Numbered from the stretch's first letter, positions 35,201-55,970 are shown. The stretch is 64,000 nucleotides of DNA from Laetmonice hystrix (GCA_965235115.1 OZ249436.1:18788001-18852000); one strand, 5' to 3'. Program-made: numbers and translations. Notes: a model not told the origin generated them from the sequence alone.

Positions 35201-38200
35201 CATGCGGCATCACTAGGTATGTTTAGGTTGGTGGTACAGACCACGGGTAGAGTCTGTGCTCCATGCGGCATCACTAGATATGTTTAGGTTGGTGGTACAG
35301 ACCACGGGCAGAGTCTGTGCTCCATGCGGCATCCCAAGGTATGTTTAGGTTGGTGATACAGACCACGGCAGAGTCTGTGCTCCATGCGGCACCACTAGGT
35401 ATGTTTAGGTTGGTGATACAGACCACGGGCAGAGTCTGTGCTCCATGCGGCATCACTAGGTATGTTTAGGTTGGTGATACAGACCCAGTGCAGAGTGGTA
35501 CTGCTAACTGTTACTGGCTAAGGAACAATCAGGGATCTGCCTATAAATATGGAACGGTGTGATTTAACAAAGTGTTATGCGTCCTGTGATCATCTGATCT
35601 GGTACATTGAAAAAGAAAACAAATTTCCTAAAGAAGGAGTAATACAGAATATATAGATACATGTATTTCCGAGATGTTTCAGTAGAGTAATAATGGAACT
35701 TTGCCAAAGGCAGATCGGCTCATTATTTTACCAGATGACATGTTTTGATTCAGGAATGTGGGGTTTCCATGACCGCCTCTTGACGTTACGGAAGGCCCTC
35801 TACACGACGCTCACCACCAGCCCTGCTAAGGGCGCCCTCTGGAGGAGATGGCGGTGGCACCAGACGCAGGCCAATAAAGAGGTTAGTGAACAAACTTGCC
35901 TTTGTGTAACAGATTATAAACCTACTCAATTATCATTTGTAGGATTGAAGGACAACTTGTCAACTTAATTATCAAAGGTAATACTATACCCTTGTTTTCA
36001 TTTTTAAAGACTTGGAAAGAATCTTGTCATTCGATTTTTGGTTTTATGATTGTTAGTCTGGACTGATGTACTCGGAGTCGGAGTGGCAGACAGAGTGGGA
36101 GAACTTGCTGAAGCTGGCTTCGACTAAACCTCGCACTACGCCAGGGTCAAACACGTCCTGCTGTTCCGGACCCGCTACCAAGGGGTAAGGTCATGCAGGG
36201 GTTGGGTAAGGTTACACAGGGGTCGGGTAAGGTCACAAAGGGGTCGACTAAGGTCACACAGGGGTTGAGGTAAGATAAGATTTTGGGCGTCACAGAAGAT
36301 GCGGGAGAGAACTAAATTATATTGATTGCAAACTTTGCCCAAGATGTAATCCCAGACTGAATCAAAACCTGATTTCTAGCTGAATACTGCAGAGACCTGA
36401 CTGCTATCAAGTTGACCCAGTTCCCTGATTGTTGTGGTTCTGTTGATAGGTTGATGGAGAGGACGGTGGAGCGTGAGACTGACTCGGACTCTGCCTCTGA
36501 GGTGTTTTATGAGAGTCTGGAAGAGTTCCATGTTTTCGTTCTGGCTCATGTCCTGAGGCGTCCAATCATCATCGTTGCTGACACCATACTAAAGGATTCC
36601 AATGGAGAGGCCTTAGCCCCGATCCCGTTTGGTGGTATTTATCTACCACTAGAGTGCGCTCCAGATATCTGCCATCGTACACCTCTCTTGCTCACCTACG
36701 ACGCCAGCCATTTCTCGGCCCTGGTTGCCATGGAACAAGATATCTCACCTGATGAAAAACCAGGCCCGCCAGGTAGGTTCAGAGGTTTTATAAACCAGGC
36801 TCGCCAGGTAGGTTCCGAGGTTTTATAAACCAGGCCTGCCAGGTAGGTTCCGAGGTTTTATAAACCAGGGTCGCCAGGTAGATTCCGAGGTTTTATAAAC
36901 CAGGCCCGCCAGGTAGGTTCAGAGGTTTTATAAACCAGGCCCGCCAGGTAGGTTCAGAGGTTTTATAAACCAGGCCCGCCAGGTAGGTTCAGAGGTTTTA
37001 TAAACCAGGCCCGCCAGGTAGGTTCAGAGGTTTTATAAACCAGGCCCGCCAGGTAGGTTCAGAGGTTTTATAAACCAGGCTTGCCAGGTAGGTTTAGAGG
37101 TTTTATAAACTAGGCCATCCAGGTAAGTTCAGCGGTTTTATAAACCAGGCTCGCCAGGTAGGTTCAGAGGTTTTATAAACCAGGCCCGCCAGGTAGGTTC
37201 AGAGGTTTTATAAACCAGGCTCGCCAGGTAGGTTCAGAGGTTTTATTTTAATGTACAGTGCACAGCAAGTTGTGCCCTCCAATATCTGACCCCATAAAGT
37301 TAGATCGTGTATGTTCTGCCTTACTTTATTAGACATTGTCAGTTCAGATAGAGAAACTGTTACTGAACCTTCTATTTTTATTACTCTGCAGCCGCTATAC
37401 CTTTGGTGGACCCTGAGTTCCGACTTCTCCCGATTCATTACTTGGTCGACCCTGGCATGGCATTCGTCTGGGGTCGTGATGAGAATGAGCCAGAGAGGAC
37501 GTGTAACCTTGAGTTGAGTGCTGACGATTGTCTCAATGTGATCAAACGATACTTGCCCATTGAGAGAATAGCCATCCCCCGTGGCGCCAACATTGTCCAA
37601 CAACCTGGCCTGCTGGTCGCTCCTGGTGATACCGACCAGGGCCAACAGCCACGCTCCAGGTCCAACAGTCAGAGTGGCTCTGTCGATTCGGATGAAAATA
37701 ACAGCATCGGCAGCAGCGGCAGCATCAAGGACAAAGAGAAGAGTAAAGTAGCCAAGCAAATGCAGACTGTTGCAAAATCATTCGGCAGTATAGGAAAGAC
37801 GATGAGTAAAAAACTGAAGAAGAACTTTGGTGGTGTTGGCAAAAGTGGCAGGTTAGCGGAGGATAAAGTGAAGGAGAAGGAGAAGAAGAGAATTCGGAGA
37901 ACGTCAGTGGGCAGCGTGACACAGAGTACCAAGCTGACGAGTGTAACCGTGGAGATGCTGCGGGACAGGGAGCACATCCTGTGTGTGTGCATGTCACACA
38001 AACGGACGGACTACCAGGAGGAAATGGTCAGGAATTACCTGCTGGCCGCCCAGGAGCGTTTCAAACAGGACCGTGAACTCCGCCGCCAGCAGGACGTTGA
38101 GATGCGCCTCAAGGTCGAGCTTCGTAGTAATAAGGACGGCGGAGGCTCGCTGCCCCCAGGTGGCGCTAGTGTCCGCGTGGTGCCTCCAGTCTCAGATACC

Positions 38201-39091
38201 GTGGACGGAGTGCTGTCTCCGAGGGTACAGTGCATTAACCCAGGCTGTGGAGCCAAGGGCTCAGCCTCGACGAGTTATCTCTGCCCGGCCTGTTATGAGA
38301 AGGAAAAGAAACAAGCTATAGATTTTGAACGTGGGCCGATCGCAGCTGACGGCCGGCCAATCTTAGGTGGCGCTGCCATGCCTTTCCCTCCGGTAGAGAG
38401 GCAAGACACGCTGGTGACATCGGGTAAGTCCAAGTTTTACACGTTGACGAATGAGGAACACCTTGGCTCAAGTTCCCACGTCAGTCTCCCCCAGCACCCC
38501 GTGGTTCGGGACCTGAGTGACGGGGGAGAACTGAACAATGCTAAACTACTGCGCGACAAAAAGAACAGTTACTTGAACACAGCGGCCGGGTACCGAGTGT
38601 CACGGTCCACCTTCTACGAGGAGGCTCCTCCAGAGTATAAAACAGTGGCAGTGCCCCCTCCAGCCTCCAAACCAGCCCTGCCTCCTGGCACCACATACAT
38701 CATGAATGACCTTCACAACCAGCCCCAAGGTCGTCAGAGTATGATGGGAACAGCCCAGCCTGCCAACGGCCGACTATTTGGGACAGTTCCCACTGCAGAC
38801 TTTACAACGGAGCCCCCGCTCAGACCCGAGTTCCAGGATCGGCCAACAGGTGGCCAGCGTCCAACATACAAAGTTAACCCTGCCTCACACAACCTCAACG
38901 AACCAATCACAAAACAGGATATGACCCCTGGCCCTGGTCAACCACTGCCACCAGCAGGTATGGGAAAGTGTCGCACGGCCGACTGCCAGTTCTATGGCAC
39001 AGACAGCATGGATTTCCTCTGTTCTGCCTGCTACCGGCAAAAACAGCAGCATCTTGTACATCACACAGGAAAAACACAAATGACGCGGTAG
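23217..39091 (+). CDS. OTUD7B: OTU domain-containing deubiquitinase 7A/7B (Cezanne)-like, about 990 aa: UBA-like + OTU + two A20 zinc fingers
   Basis: Exons 23217-23298 ([28 protein letters not shown]), 33751-34023 (NDWNVENA..), 34284-34523 ([21 protein letters not shown]), 34693-34791 ([21 protein letters not shown], catalytic Cys), 35754-35881 ([10 protein letters not shown]), 36057-36184, 36450-36772 ([30 protein letters not shown], catalytic His), 37392-39091; total 2973 nt, in frame. The symbol denotes the OTUD7A/B family; the paralogue cannot be assigned. Confidence 0.92.
26059..27482. mobile_element. Kolobok-like non-autonomous element (long copy)
   Basis: Collinear blocks shared with 45120-45792 and 17460-17562; right end ..CTCTCCT followed by TTAA. 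Confidence 0.65.
27830..28312. repeat. Compound 23/35-bp minisatellite (GAGCCAGGTCACATGACATGGCT)
   Basis: About 15 copies of GGTCACATGAC. Confidence 0.95.
29429..29957. mobile_element. Palindromic MITE with a nested TIR element at ~29456-29835
   Basis: Outer TIR GGGGTCTGTCTTACTAAG / CTTAGTAAGACAGACCCC; inner TIR GCCAAAAAAAA.AAATTCCCGGTTTCTGGTCC / GGACCAGAAACCGGGAATTTTTTTTTTTGGC. Confidence 0.75.
30268..30510. repeat. Degenerate tandem repeat (CTGCAGTGTA..ACAGTGT..CAAACTAC)
   Basis: Repeated motifs in tandem. Confidence 0.8.
30512..30881. mobile_element. hAT-like MITE
   Basis: CAGTGTTCTCGCCAG / CTGGTGAGAACCCTG; flanks TACACCA/CACACCA. Confidence 0.65.
31126..31460. mobile_element. PIF/Harbinger-type MITE
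   Basis: TIR AGGCCCGGCCACACAG / CTGTGTGGCCAGGCCT, TAA on both flanks. Confidence 0.85.
31500..31940. repeat. Degenerate CCCTAA/CCCTAG-like repeat followed by a ~28-bp minisatellite (GAGGCCATCCAGTGGGTCTGTCAGTATT)
   Basis: Direct reading. Confidence 0.85.
32636..33365. repeat. 24-bp minisatellite, about 30 copies (GTGTTGGTCCTGAACAAATGGCCA)
   Basis: Direct reading; source of the spurious 213-283 aa ORFs. Confidence 0.97.
34773..35484. repeat. 61-bp minisatellite (12 units) anchored on the donor of the OTUD7 catalytic-Cys exon
   Basis: Unit CTCCATGCGGCATCACTAG|GTATGTTTAGGTTGGTGGTACAGACCACGGGCAGAGTCTGTG; the first unit is the real exon end at 34791. Confidence 0.95.
36183..36275. repeat. Degenerate ~21-bp repeat of the OTUD7 exon-6 donor (GG|GTAAGGTCA)
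   Basis: ggggtaaggtcatgcagggg / gggtaaggttacacagggg / gggtaaggtcacaaagggg / ctaaggtcacacagggg. Confidence 0.75.
36757..37246. repeat. 35-bp minisatellite (14 units) anchored on the donor of the OTUD7 catalytic-His exon
   Basis: Unit AAACCAGGCCCGCCAG|GTAGGTTCAGAGGTTTTAT; GT at 36773 and every 35 bp to 37228. Confidence 0.95.
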
Positions 39092-40468
39092 TGAGTGTGC
39101 CAAACATCTGCTATTTTAGTCGAGACTAGTGTTTTTTTAACGGGACCCTTAATGGAAACCTTATCGCCCCAGTTTACTCTGTAAATTCACCTGTTGAATA
39201 TCAGCATGATCTAGTATTGTAAAATATCGGTACCTCTGATTGTATAATAATGGTTACCTAATTGCATTGCTTTCTGTCGGCAAATCATGAACATATTTTA
39301 GAAATTTCCCCAGCATAACTGCATTGGCCCTTTATATGGCATAAGATTTAGCATTATTTGGTCTGAAGTTCAGAATTATGCTCGCGTGTGACGTCTTCCG
39401 AAAATAGGACAATCATGCTGTGCTGCCACCTAGTGGCATGGACCCACAACTGGCATGACGTCCGAGTGTAGGTCGTGTAGCATCAGACCACATGGTGGTT
39501 TGTTAGGGGTTCTCCTCTCATTTCGTACAATATGTTTCGTGTTGTGGGGTATATGTACAACTGATTAATACTTGCAGAAAGGAAACATCCGATGTGAAAT
39601 ACCTCAGTGCTAACTGGAGGACTTGATTGGGTTGGGTAGGCGTTAAACACAATCAAAAGATTTTGTCGGGAGTTTAATGATTTGTATTAAGAGCAGTCTA
39701 ATTGCTTCAGACACCATGTAATGGGGCCATGGTGGAGTCAAAGATTTCTAAACAGAATTGTTATCTCATAAAAAAGGAAGATGCTGTTTTCACTGGAGAG
39801 AATCGTTGTCAAGCACAAACCTGTGAGCAATGTGTTATTTATATCATCATTCTGTCAGTCAGAGCAAGGATATTAACAGGTTCAATATCAACTTATTTAC
39901 AGTAAGCAGAGTGCTTGAAGCCTAGTAAATCTTTCAGTTGTACATAAAGGTTAGGAGATGCTTTCAACCAATGAGGTAGTAGTGCACTACGTTATGATTG
40001 CAACAGAGATTCATGTGCCCAGAGAAAACCAAAAATCTGACGTCATCAGTTGATGAGTAGGAATGTAGTAAACTGATATATCTCATGCATATGATCTCAT
40101 GGACTGTAATCTGTCGAGAACGTGTCTGGTCAAAAGTTCTCCGAAGTTTGGCTTAGGTAGTTTCCGTGGATGCCACTGACCTTGTGTATACCATGACCTC
40201 ACAGTCCTTGACCCCCTGACACTTTGAGTAGACTCTGACCTCTCTCCCCCTTCCTTTAATTGCAACAGGAGGGATGATTTCTTTGGGTGTCTAGCTTGGT
40301 TTTTTTTTGTTCAAACGTCAATATCCGATCGATTTTATGGTCGTCACTGGTCACTTCAAACTTGTCCTTCATTTTGATGTTTGATATGTAAGGCAGACCT
40401 TTAAACTTTTTCTTGTTTGGTTGTCAGAGAAGAAGTCACAAAATAGTTGTTGATGGTAGACTTTGTTC

Positions 40469-40810
40469 CCAGCTATCCATACTTGGATTCTCCAAAGTCT
40501 TTGATAGCGTCTGTCTCCAGCTATCCACACTGGGACTCTCCAAAGTCTTTGATAGCATCTGTCTCCAGCTATCCACACTTGGATTCTCCAAACAGTCTTT
40601 GATAGCATCTGTCTCCAGCTATCCACACTGGGACTCTCCAAAGTCTTTGATAGCATCTGTCTCCAGCTATCCACACTTGGATTCTCCAAAGTCTTTGATA
40701 GCATCTGTCTCCAGCTATCCACACTGGGACTCTCCAAAGTCTTTGACAGCGTCTGTCTCCAGCTTTCCATACCTGGACTCCCGACAGTCTTTGACCGTGT
40801 CTGTCTCCTT
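40469..40810. repeat. 48-bp minisatellite, about 7 copies
   Basis: CCAGCTATCCACACTTGGATTCTCCAAAGTCTTTGATAGCATCTGTCT repeated. Confidence 0.93.
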
Positions 40811-43394
40811 CAGTCTCCTAACCTGACCATTGCAGTTGTCGGTGTATTTTTTATAAGTTATGCTTCTAGTCACGTGTAATAATAGGCTACAAACAACTAT
40901 ATATGGGTGCTAGCATTCTGAGAACTTGATGTTCTAAAGGGGCACGTGTTGTAATACACACAACCTGCTAAGCATTGGTTTTATTATTATATATGTGAGA
41001 GTTCATTCTGATTTAACTTATTGTACGCAGAAATGTTAACGTTGTAATAATTTTGTCACGATATGTTGTACCAGCGGGTTATATCATTTGTCCTCCGTAA
41101 TTGATGTACAAACCGTCTAGCGGTAACGAAGCACAGAGACGCAGTGTCTCTGCAGGTGTTAGTGAACAAACACTGGTAACACCCGACATTGTCCAGTTAA
41201 ACCTGCAGGTGGAGTTCGGGATAAAATAGAATGAATGAATAGTCAGACGCCAGGGTGAACGGAAGGAATGAATGTTAAACTATAAATGGTACCTATAATT
41301 TGAGGATAAAATAACATTGCTTCTTGGAAGTTTCACGGTGCAAAAACTAACTGGGCCTCATTGATCACATAGTTGGTCATAATAAAGTGTTAGCAGGTAT
41401 AAATGAGAATAGAACTGTTTGACTGGAGCGGTTTAGTATGAAATGGTTTGGGCGTCTGTGACGGTTGTAAAACAATCTGACAGCAGGTATGCCAACAAGG
41501 CTAGCATTTATATTTTATTGAGTTCTGGCATGTCAGAAAGGCTAGCTTTTATTACTACTGAGGACTGGCATGCCAGCAAGGCTAGCCTCTATTGTTACTG
41601 AGTGCCGGCACACCAGCAAGGCCAGCCTCTATTGTCACTGAGAACCGGCACACCAGCAAGGCCAGCCTTTATTATTACCGCACCACTGTGATTATACCTG
41701 AAGTCATGATAATCGACTGGTCTTGTATGTGCCAGATTATACTGAATGGTTCCCAGTCTCTGGAAGACATAGATCAGCCTTCACGTTTGTTGTAATATTA
41801 ATGGTATTAATTCTTAGCTCGTGTTCGAATGTAAGTTATAGGAAGTCAGATGGGCTGAGTTAAAGAAAAGTCGGCAAGATTTGTCCCAAGAACTGTTTGA
41901 GGCTTAGGTATTTATTACTTTGGCAGGGTAATAAGCTCCACGGAAACTTGAAATGCTGTTCAATTTCTAATACAGTACATGTGTGCATTAAGGTTTCCAT
42001 GTGTTTGTACAATATAACGAAAAGTGACAAATCTGGTGAAAAAGGAGCCAGACACAGCTGACATTTGTGCTTCCCTACATGGGGTTGTTCTTGGCAAAAA
42101 AAGAGAAGAAAAATTGGAATGTAATTCAGCATCACTCGAAGATCTCTATGTATACCAGGTATGTGGACTAGCTGGGTGCAGGCAAATTTATTTGAAGATT
42201 TATGAATAGAAATGTGTTTAGAGGGTGGCAACCCGATGTAGGTAGCTTGCATACTAGCTGAGGGTTTGTCTTGATAAAATGGAAGTTGAGATCCAGTTTT
42301 CACCTTTCATTGTTAACTATAACCTAATGTTAAGTGGGAAGTGAACTCGGTCGTAGCCTCTCGGAGTGCCTCTGTTAAGGTTATTTGTGTATTATTATGA
42401 GGTTGTTAAATGTATGTGAACAGATACGATGGTTTTTTTTATAACTGAAACCCCTGTACATACCTCCTGCCCCTCTCCCCATCAGGTGGGGCATTGGGGA
42501 GTTTGTCATTTCTACCCGGACGGTATCTATTTTCGGTACTTTGCGGACTATAAGACGCTCTGGAGTATTGGACGCGGGGCCAACTTACCAGACAAAATCC
42601 ATAGACGTTTGTTGGTCAAAAAGTAGCGTTTTCTAGACCGCGAAGTATGACTACTGTCTCTATCCCATGATAATAATAATACATGTAATGTGCTAAGTCA
42701 GATGATGTTATTACAACGACGGCATTGCAAGTTCTACATGTACTCGTTATAAACTGTAATAAAGCAATTATACATTCTATATGTAGGTAGTCGAGGTCAA
42801 TGGGTGCTCTCGGCTCATGGTCAGCCAGACAGAGAGTGTAGAACTGTTGGTTATCACAACTAGCTAGGTTGGTCCTAGTCATCGACACATATAGATTATG
42901 GTCAACAGCAATGGCAGGATTACAAGACGTGTCTGTGAAATACATGTCATCGTTTAGTCGTGTGTTGGACAGTGACATGTTTTATGTAATTTCTTACGTA
43001 TCCTTGGATGTAATCCATGAGGTACAGAGATCACAAATTGTTTTAAAATATTCAATGTAACCACCACGTAAATACAATGTGCACAAGAAACTGACTGACC
43101 CCAAGCCATTTGATCTAAGGTCTGTAATAATAAAATAGAGGAATCAGACAGGAAGAATGATGAGAAAATGCCATGCCGCTTTGGTAGCCTTCGGTGTACT
43201 GTTGGGGTAATCAGTTCGTAAGTATCTACATATGATCTGCTCAGCTTCACTGATTGTGTCCCATACACTCAAGCACGGAATGTGATTAAACATTACTTAA
43301 ATATGCAAAAGAAAGAAAAGTAAATAAAGATTAATAAGAAGGGTGAAACTTATAAATAGTAGTTAGCCATGAAGGTGTACATAGATTAACTGGG

Positions 43395-44497
43395 CTGCAC
43401 GACGTGTGTGTGAGGGACCGGGGTGTGGGGACGTGCTCTCCACACCGGGTTCAGTGCTGCACAGAGTTTGTGTGAGGGACCGGGGTGTGGGGACGTGCTC
43501 TCCACACCAGGCTCAGTGCTGCACGGAGTTTGTGTGAGGGACCGGGGTGTGGGGGCATGCTCTCCACACCGGGTTCAGTGCTGCCTGGAGTGTGTGTGAG
43601 GGACCGGGGTGTGGGGACGTGCTCTCCACACCGGGTTCAGTACTGCCCGGAGTGTGTGTGAGGGACCGGGGTGTGGGGGCATGCTCTCCACACCAGGCTC
43701 AGTGCTGCCCGGAGTGTGTGTGAGGGACCGGGGTGTGGGGGCGTGCTCTCCACACCAGGCTCAGTGCTGCACGGAGTTTGTGTGAGGGACCGGGGTGTGG
43801 GGGCATGCTCTCCACACCGGGTTCAGTGCTGCCCGGAGTGTGTGTGAGGGACCGGGGTGTGGGGACGTGCTCTCCACACCGGGTTCAGTACTGCCCGGAG
43901 TGTGTGTGAGGGACCGGGGTGTGGGGACGTGCTCTCCACACCGGGTTCAGTACTGCCCGGAGTGTGTGTGAGGGACCGGGGTGTGGGGGCATGCTCTCCA
44001 CACCAGGCTCAGTGCTGCCCGGAGTGTGTGTGAGGGACCGGGGTGTGGGGGCATGCTCTCCACACCAGGCTCAGTGCTGCCCGGAGTGTGTGTGAGGGAC
44101 CGGGGTGTGGGGGCGTGCTCTCCACACCAGGCTCAGTGCTGCACGGAGTGTGTGTGAGGGACCGGGGTGTGGGGGCATGCTCTCCACACCAGGCTCAGTG
44201 CTGCCCGGAGTGTGTGTGAGGGACCGGGGTGTGGGGGCGTGCTCTCCACACCAGGCTCAGTGCTGCACGGAGTGTGTGTGAGGGACCGGGGTGTAGGGGC
44301 ATGCTCTCCACACCGGGCTCAGTGCTGCACGGAGTGTGTGTGAGGGACCGGGATGTGGGGGCGTGCTCTCCACACCAGGCTCAGTGCTGCCCGGAGTGTG
44401 TGTGAGGGACCGGGGTGTGGGGGCGTGCTCTCCACACCAGGCTCAGTGCTGCCCGGAGTGTGTGTGAGGGACCGGGGTGTGGGGGCGTGCTCTCCAT
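43395..44497. repeat. 62-bp G-rich minisatellite, about 18 copies
   Basis: Unit approximately GTGTGTGAGGGACCGGGGTGTGGGGGCGTGCTCTCCACACCAGGCTCAGTGCTGCCCGGAGT. Confidence 0.96.
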
Positions 44498-45119
44498 ACT
44501 TCGCTCAGAATTGCTACTATAGAAGAGTTTATGCGTAACCTTGGGTCTTCGGCACCGGCACTTGAACAAAGAACAAAAAATGACAGGGTAGGATTACAAA
44601 AATTACCAAGACATTGTCTGCTGAGTGCGTTATCTTATTTATGTCGTCATGTCAGTGTTTGTTTGTATTTAAGTTTTATTATTATATATTCAGGTTTCCG
44701 GGGTTTCTTCTATAATTAAAAACCAGAAGTCCCCGTGCCGGTTGTCAAAGAACTGCATTAGCCAGGATTTTCCATTGCAAACACTGTACATAGACAAACA
44801 CAGTGCGGCCTAATGTACTTTTATTACTATCCGCTAGATTTTAATACTCGACTCCGTTGTATTATAATTAAATGTTATCGTTGCAGACTAATAAAAAGTG
44901 CTTCACATAGTGAACCTTGGACAGTCGTTTCATATTTTTCTTTGCCCGACTTGAAAATTACTCAACTTCGACTTGGATGATTAAAGTGCAATTTGAGTAA
45001 AAGAAATTGCACTGGACTCCGTGGATCAAGTTAGTAAGTCGCAAGTAAAAGAACTCCCAAATGGGAGCGACAAGCAAAACGAGAAAAGTCAAATGATTTC
45101 TGAAAATAGGCCTGCTTAA

Positions 45120-45792
45120 ATGAAAAGTATTTCGCCAGTTTGAAACTCTAAGCAAGTTGCAACAGTGCTCAAATAGTTAAGATATAAGCACTTTAGTGCT
45201 GGAGCCTGCTCAGCTGGTGGATACCGCCATAGCGTCTGCTAATTTAGCGTCATTGGGCGAAACCAATAACAGCACGACTGCTGTCTAGTTTGGGAGGAAC
45301 TAAAAAGTGGCAAACATGATGCGTTGATCGATTCGATGGTACCAAAAGTTTACAGCTTACATGAGCCATATTTGTTAGAATATAGATGGAAACCATCGAT
45401 AGAGATGAGTCACTAGCAATTAAGCCTACCGACATCAGAGTGTAGGATATATCAGGGTGGACACGGATTTGGCCCGCCATGGGGTTCAGCCACCTGCATT
45501 CAATTTGCAACTACGCTCGGAGGTGTGATGTTGACGGGTTAATGCATGCTCAAATACAATGACGTGACGTCAATTACTTCCGGCCAGCGCCACAATGGCT
45601 GTGCTGCTGAAGCCAGTGATTTTGACACGGTTGTCATGTTCGACATATGTAATGGGGGGACATTTATTTCCAACCACTACTCTGAACGGCGAGTATATAT
45701 AGAGGCCTTGCAGCTGTCCAAATGCGATTTTGGGCGAGTATATATAGAGGCCTTGCAGCTGTCCAAATGCGATTTTGGGCAATACTTCTCCT
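45120..45792. mobile_element. Kolobok-like non-autonomous element (short copy)
   Basis: TTAA flanks (45116-45119, 45793-45796), imperfect TIR ATGAAAAGTATT / AATACTTCTCCT; internal blocks shared with 26059-27482. Confidence 0.7.
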
Positions 45793-46564
45793 TTAATTTA
45801 AACTCTTTGGGGGCAAAAATGGTACCATTTATGGTGCTAGGTGCATTCGCTTTATAACATTCACTATTTTATGGCCTCCGATTAAGGCTAACCCCCCCCC
45901 CCCCCCCCATTTTATCCATCTCAGCGGGGGGGGGGCAGGTTTAATAAAATTGCGTAATGCTTTGGGGTTGTAGCTAGCGTTGAATGTAATATCCAATAGG
46001 GGGCGTATCAGTGAAATGTCTTGCCATTAGTATGTAAAATTTACCTCACAGGTGGCCGCACTATTTTCAATCACCAAGAAGCAAATTAAAATCGACCTAT
46101 AAACAGATCAAACTACACACCAGCTTACTTCAACTTATAACAAACTGTTACCGAGGTCAACTATCACGCAATGACGTCCCTACTAACAAAGCTTGTAGTG
46201 AATCTTTGGTTTGCCCCCTGTTGAAGGCAACAACCTCAGGAACCAAAATAACAAAAGTAGTTTGTATTCCACATTTAACTTGACTTTTATTATCTTTTCA
46301 ATGTACAACGCAGTTGTGGAACAAGTCGCTGCAGCACATACACAACTTATTTTTGTCGAGCATGACATTCGCCTTCCATAGTCTTTGTTTGCATCAGAAA
46401 GAGTCCTCAGAAATGTTACACTTGGCGTACTTACAGGTTGGGGAAGTCTCTTTTACTTCAATGACTGCAAACAAATTCTGTCACAAGTATTCAACTATTC
46501 AATTGATAATGGAATATAAACTGCCCAAGCACTCTCATGGCATCACTAATAAATTAGTTTGGGA

Positions 46565-54701
<8,137 letters not shown>

Positions 54702-54729
54702 AGTTGTGCAGCGTTGTTGCTTCTGCGGT

Positions 54730-54780
54730 GTACAAATGGCCGCCGGAGGACACACCGTGGTTGTGGAAAGGCGAACCCCT
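54730..54780 (-). promoter_or_regulatory. Probable ATP5F1A transcription start region
   Basis: Minus strand: pyrimidine-rich CGCCTTTCC (~54766-54774, TCT/TOP-like initiator) followed by YY1-like GGCGGCCATTTG (~54733-54744) upstream of the ATG. Confidence 0.4.
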
Positions 54781-55970
54781 TGTGCTCAATGTAAAATGGA
54801 AATCGGTCAATATATAGGCATCCGGAAAGGGAGGTCTTATTTCTTCTTCATGGTCGTAACAACAACCAACTTCAGTCAATGACTCAAAAAATAACGAAAA
54901 GTAAACAATTTATTGAGACAATCTCCAAACTCATCATCACAAAAGAGGCCTCTAGGTTTTGTAGAAAAGGTATACTACTTCTACAGACTCAGTACTTAGG
55001 CTAAGGTACCATTAAAAATAATATGTAGGCCTACCGTAGGCTAAATCTAGTCCTATTTTGACGTACCGAAAAAAAGATTTCCTTGGAAATTAGGCCCTAG
55101 GCTACTTTTAGGCCTCTAGCTAGGGCGCCTAGGCCTAACAATATTTTGTTTTTATATACCTAGGCCTAATTCTCAAAAAAAAAAGTTTCAAAATACTGAA
55201 CTGGTCAGGATATAATCTCGGCCCATTCATAGAACCGGCCATAGAAGCTGCAAAATCAGATAGGCCTAGGGCTAGGCTATTAGTAGGCCTATCAGGGGGG
55301 CATAGAGGGGGCTGGGCGGTCGACAATATGTAGCGGTACGTCAAAGCCGCCTAGATACATGACACAAGCGCTGAAAGTGCCAAGGGAGGGGTCACAGGAG
55401 GGGTTCACCAACTCCGCGTACACCCAGATCGAAGACATGGCTTACTAAGACTCGGTCCCTCAACATACCAGTGTCATGTAAATGATATCAATGTATCTAT
55501 CGCTTAATAAACATCATATGGTAAAATGAAATTGAATAGAGGTCTATTACCTCTTATGATTTACAAGGCCATAATAATGGGGTCATAATCCCACCAATGC
55601 CCCCCCCCCCCTTCCCTCTGAGACCCCCAATTCACATTCCCGCTATTATGACCAACCCGCACTGAGACCGCAAACCGCCCAGTCCCAAAGGTGGTCTCCT
55701 AAGAGGGCCTCTACTGTACATGTAAGATTCCTTATTCATGAATTCTAGATTTCTATTTTGAGCACTTCAACAACAAATAGCCTTATCACTTCCGGTTAAG
55801 ATTCATGTAATTTTACAGCAGATAAGTATAAGTTTTTGGAATATTATGTCGAGGCAACATTTTATTAATGATTAATGATTATAGAATTAAAAATATTATT
55901 TAGATGGTTTAAAATCCATGCTAGAATCGAAGTGAAGTTACGGGATAGCCTCTGGCGTCAAGACTACGTA

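Noticed and set aside
34773..37246. CRISPR-like appearance of the 35- and 61-bp arrays
   Set aside because: No unique spacers, no cas genes, eukaryotic intron context; these are plain tandem repeats.
40369..40826. 133/137-aa ORFs with 16-aa periodicity
   Set aside because: 48-bp minisatellite downstream of the OTUD7 stop.
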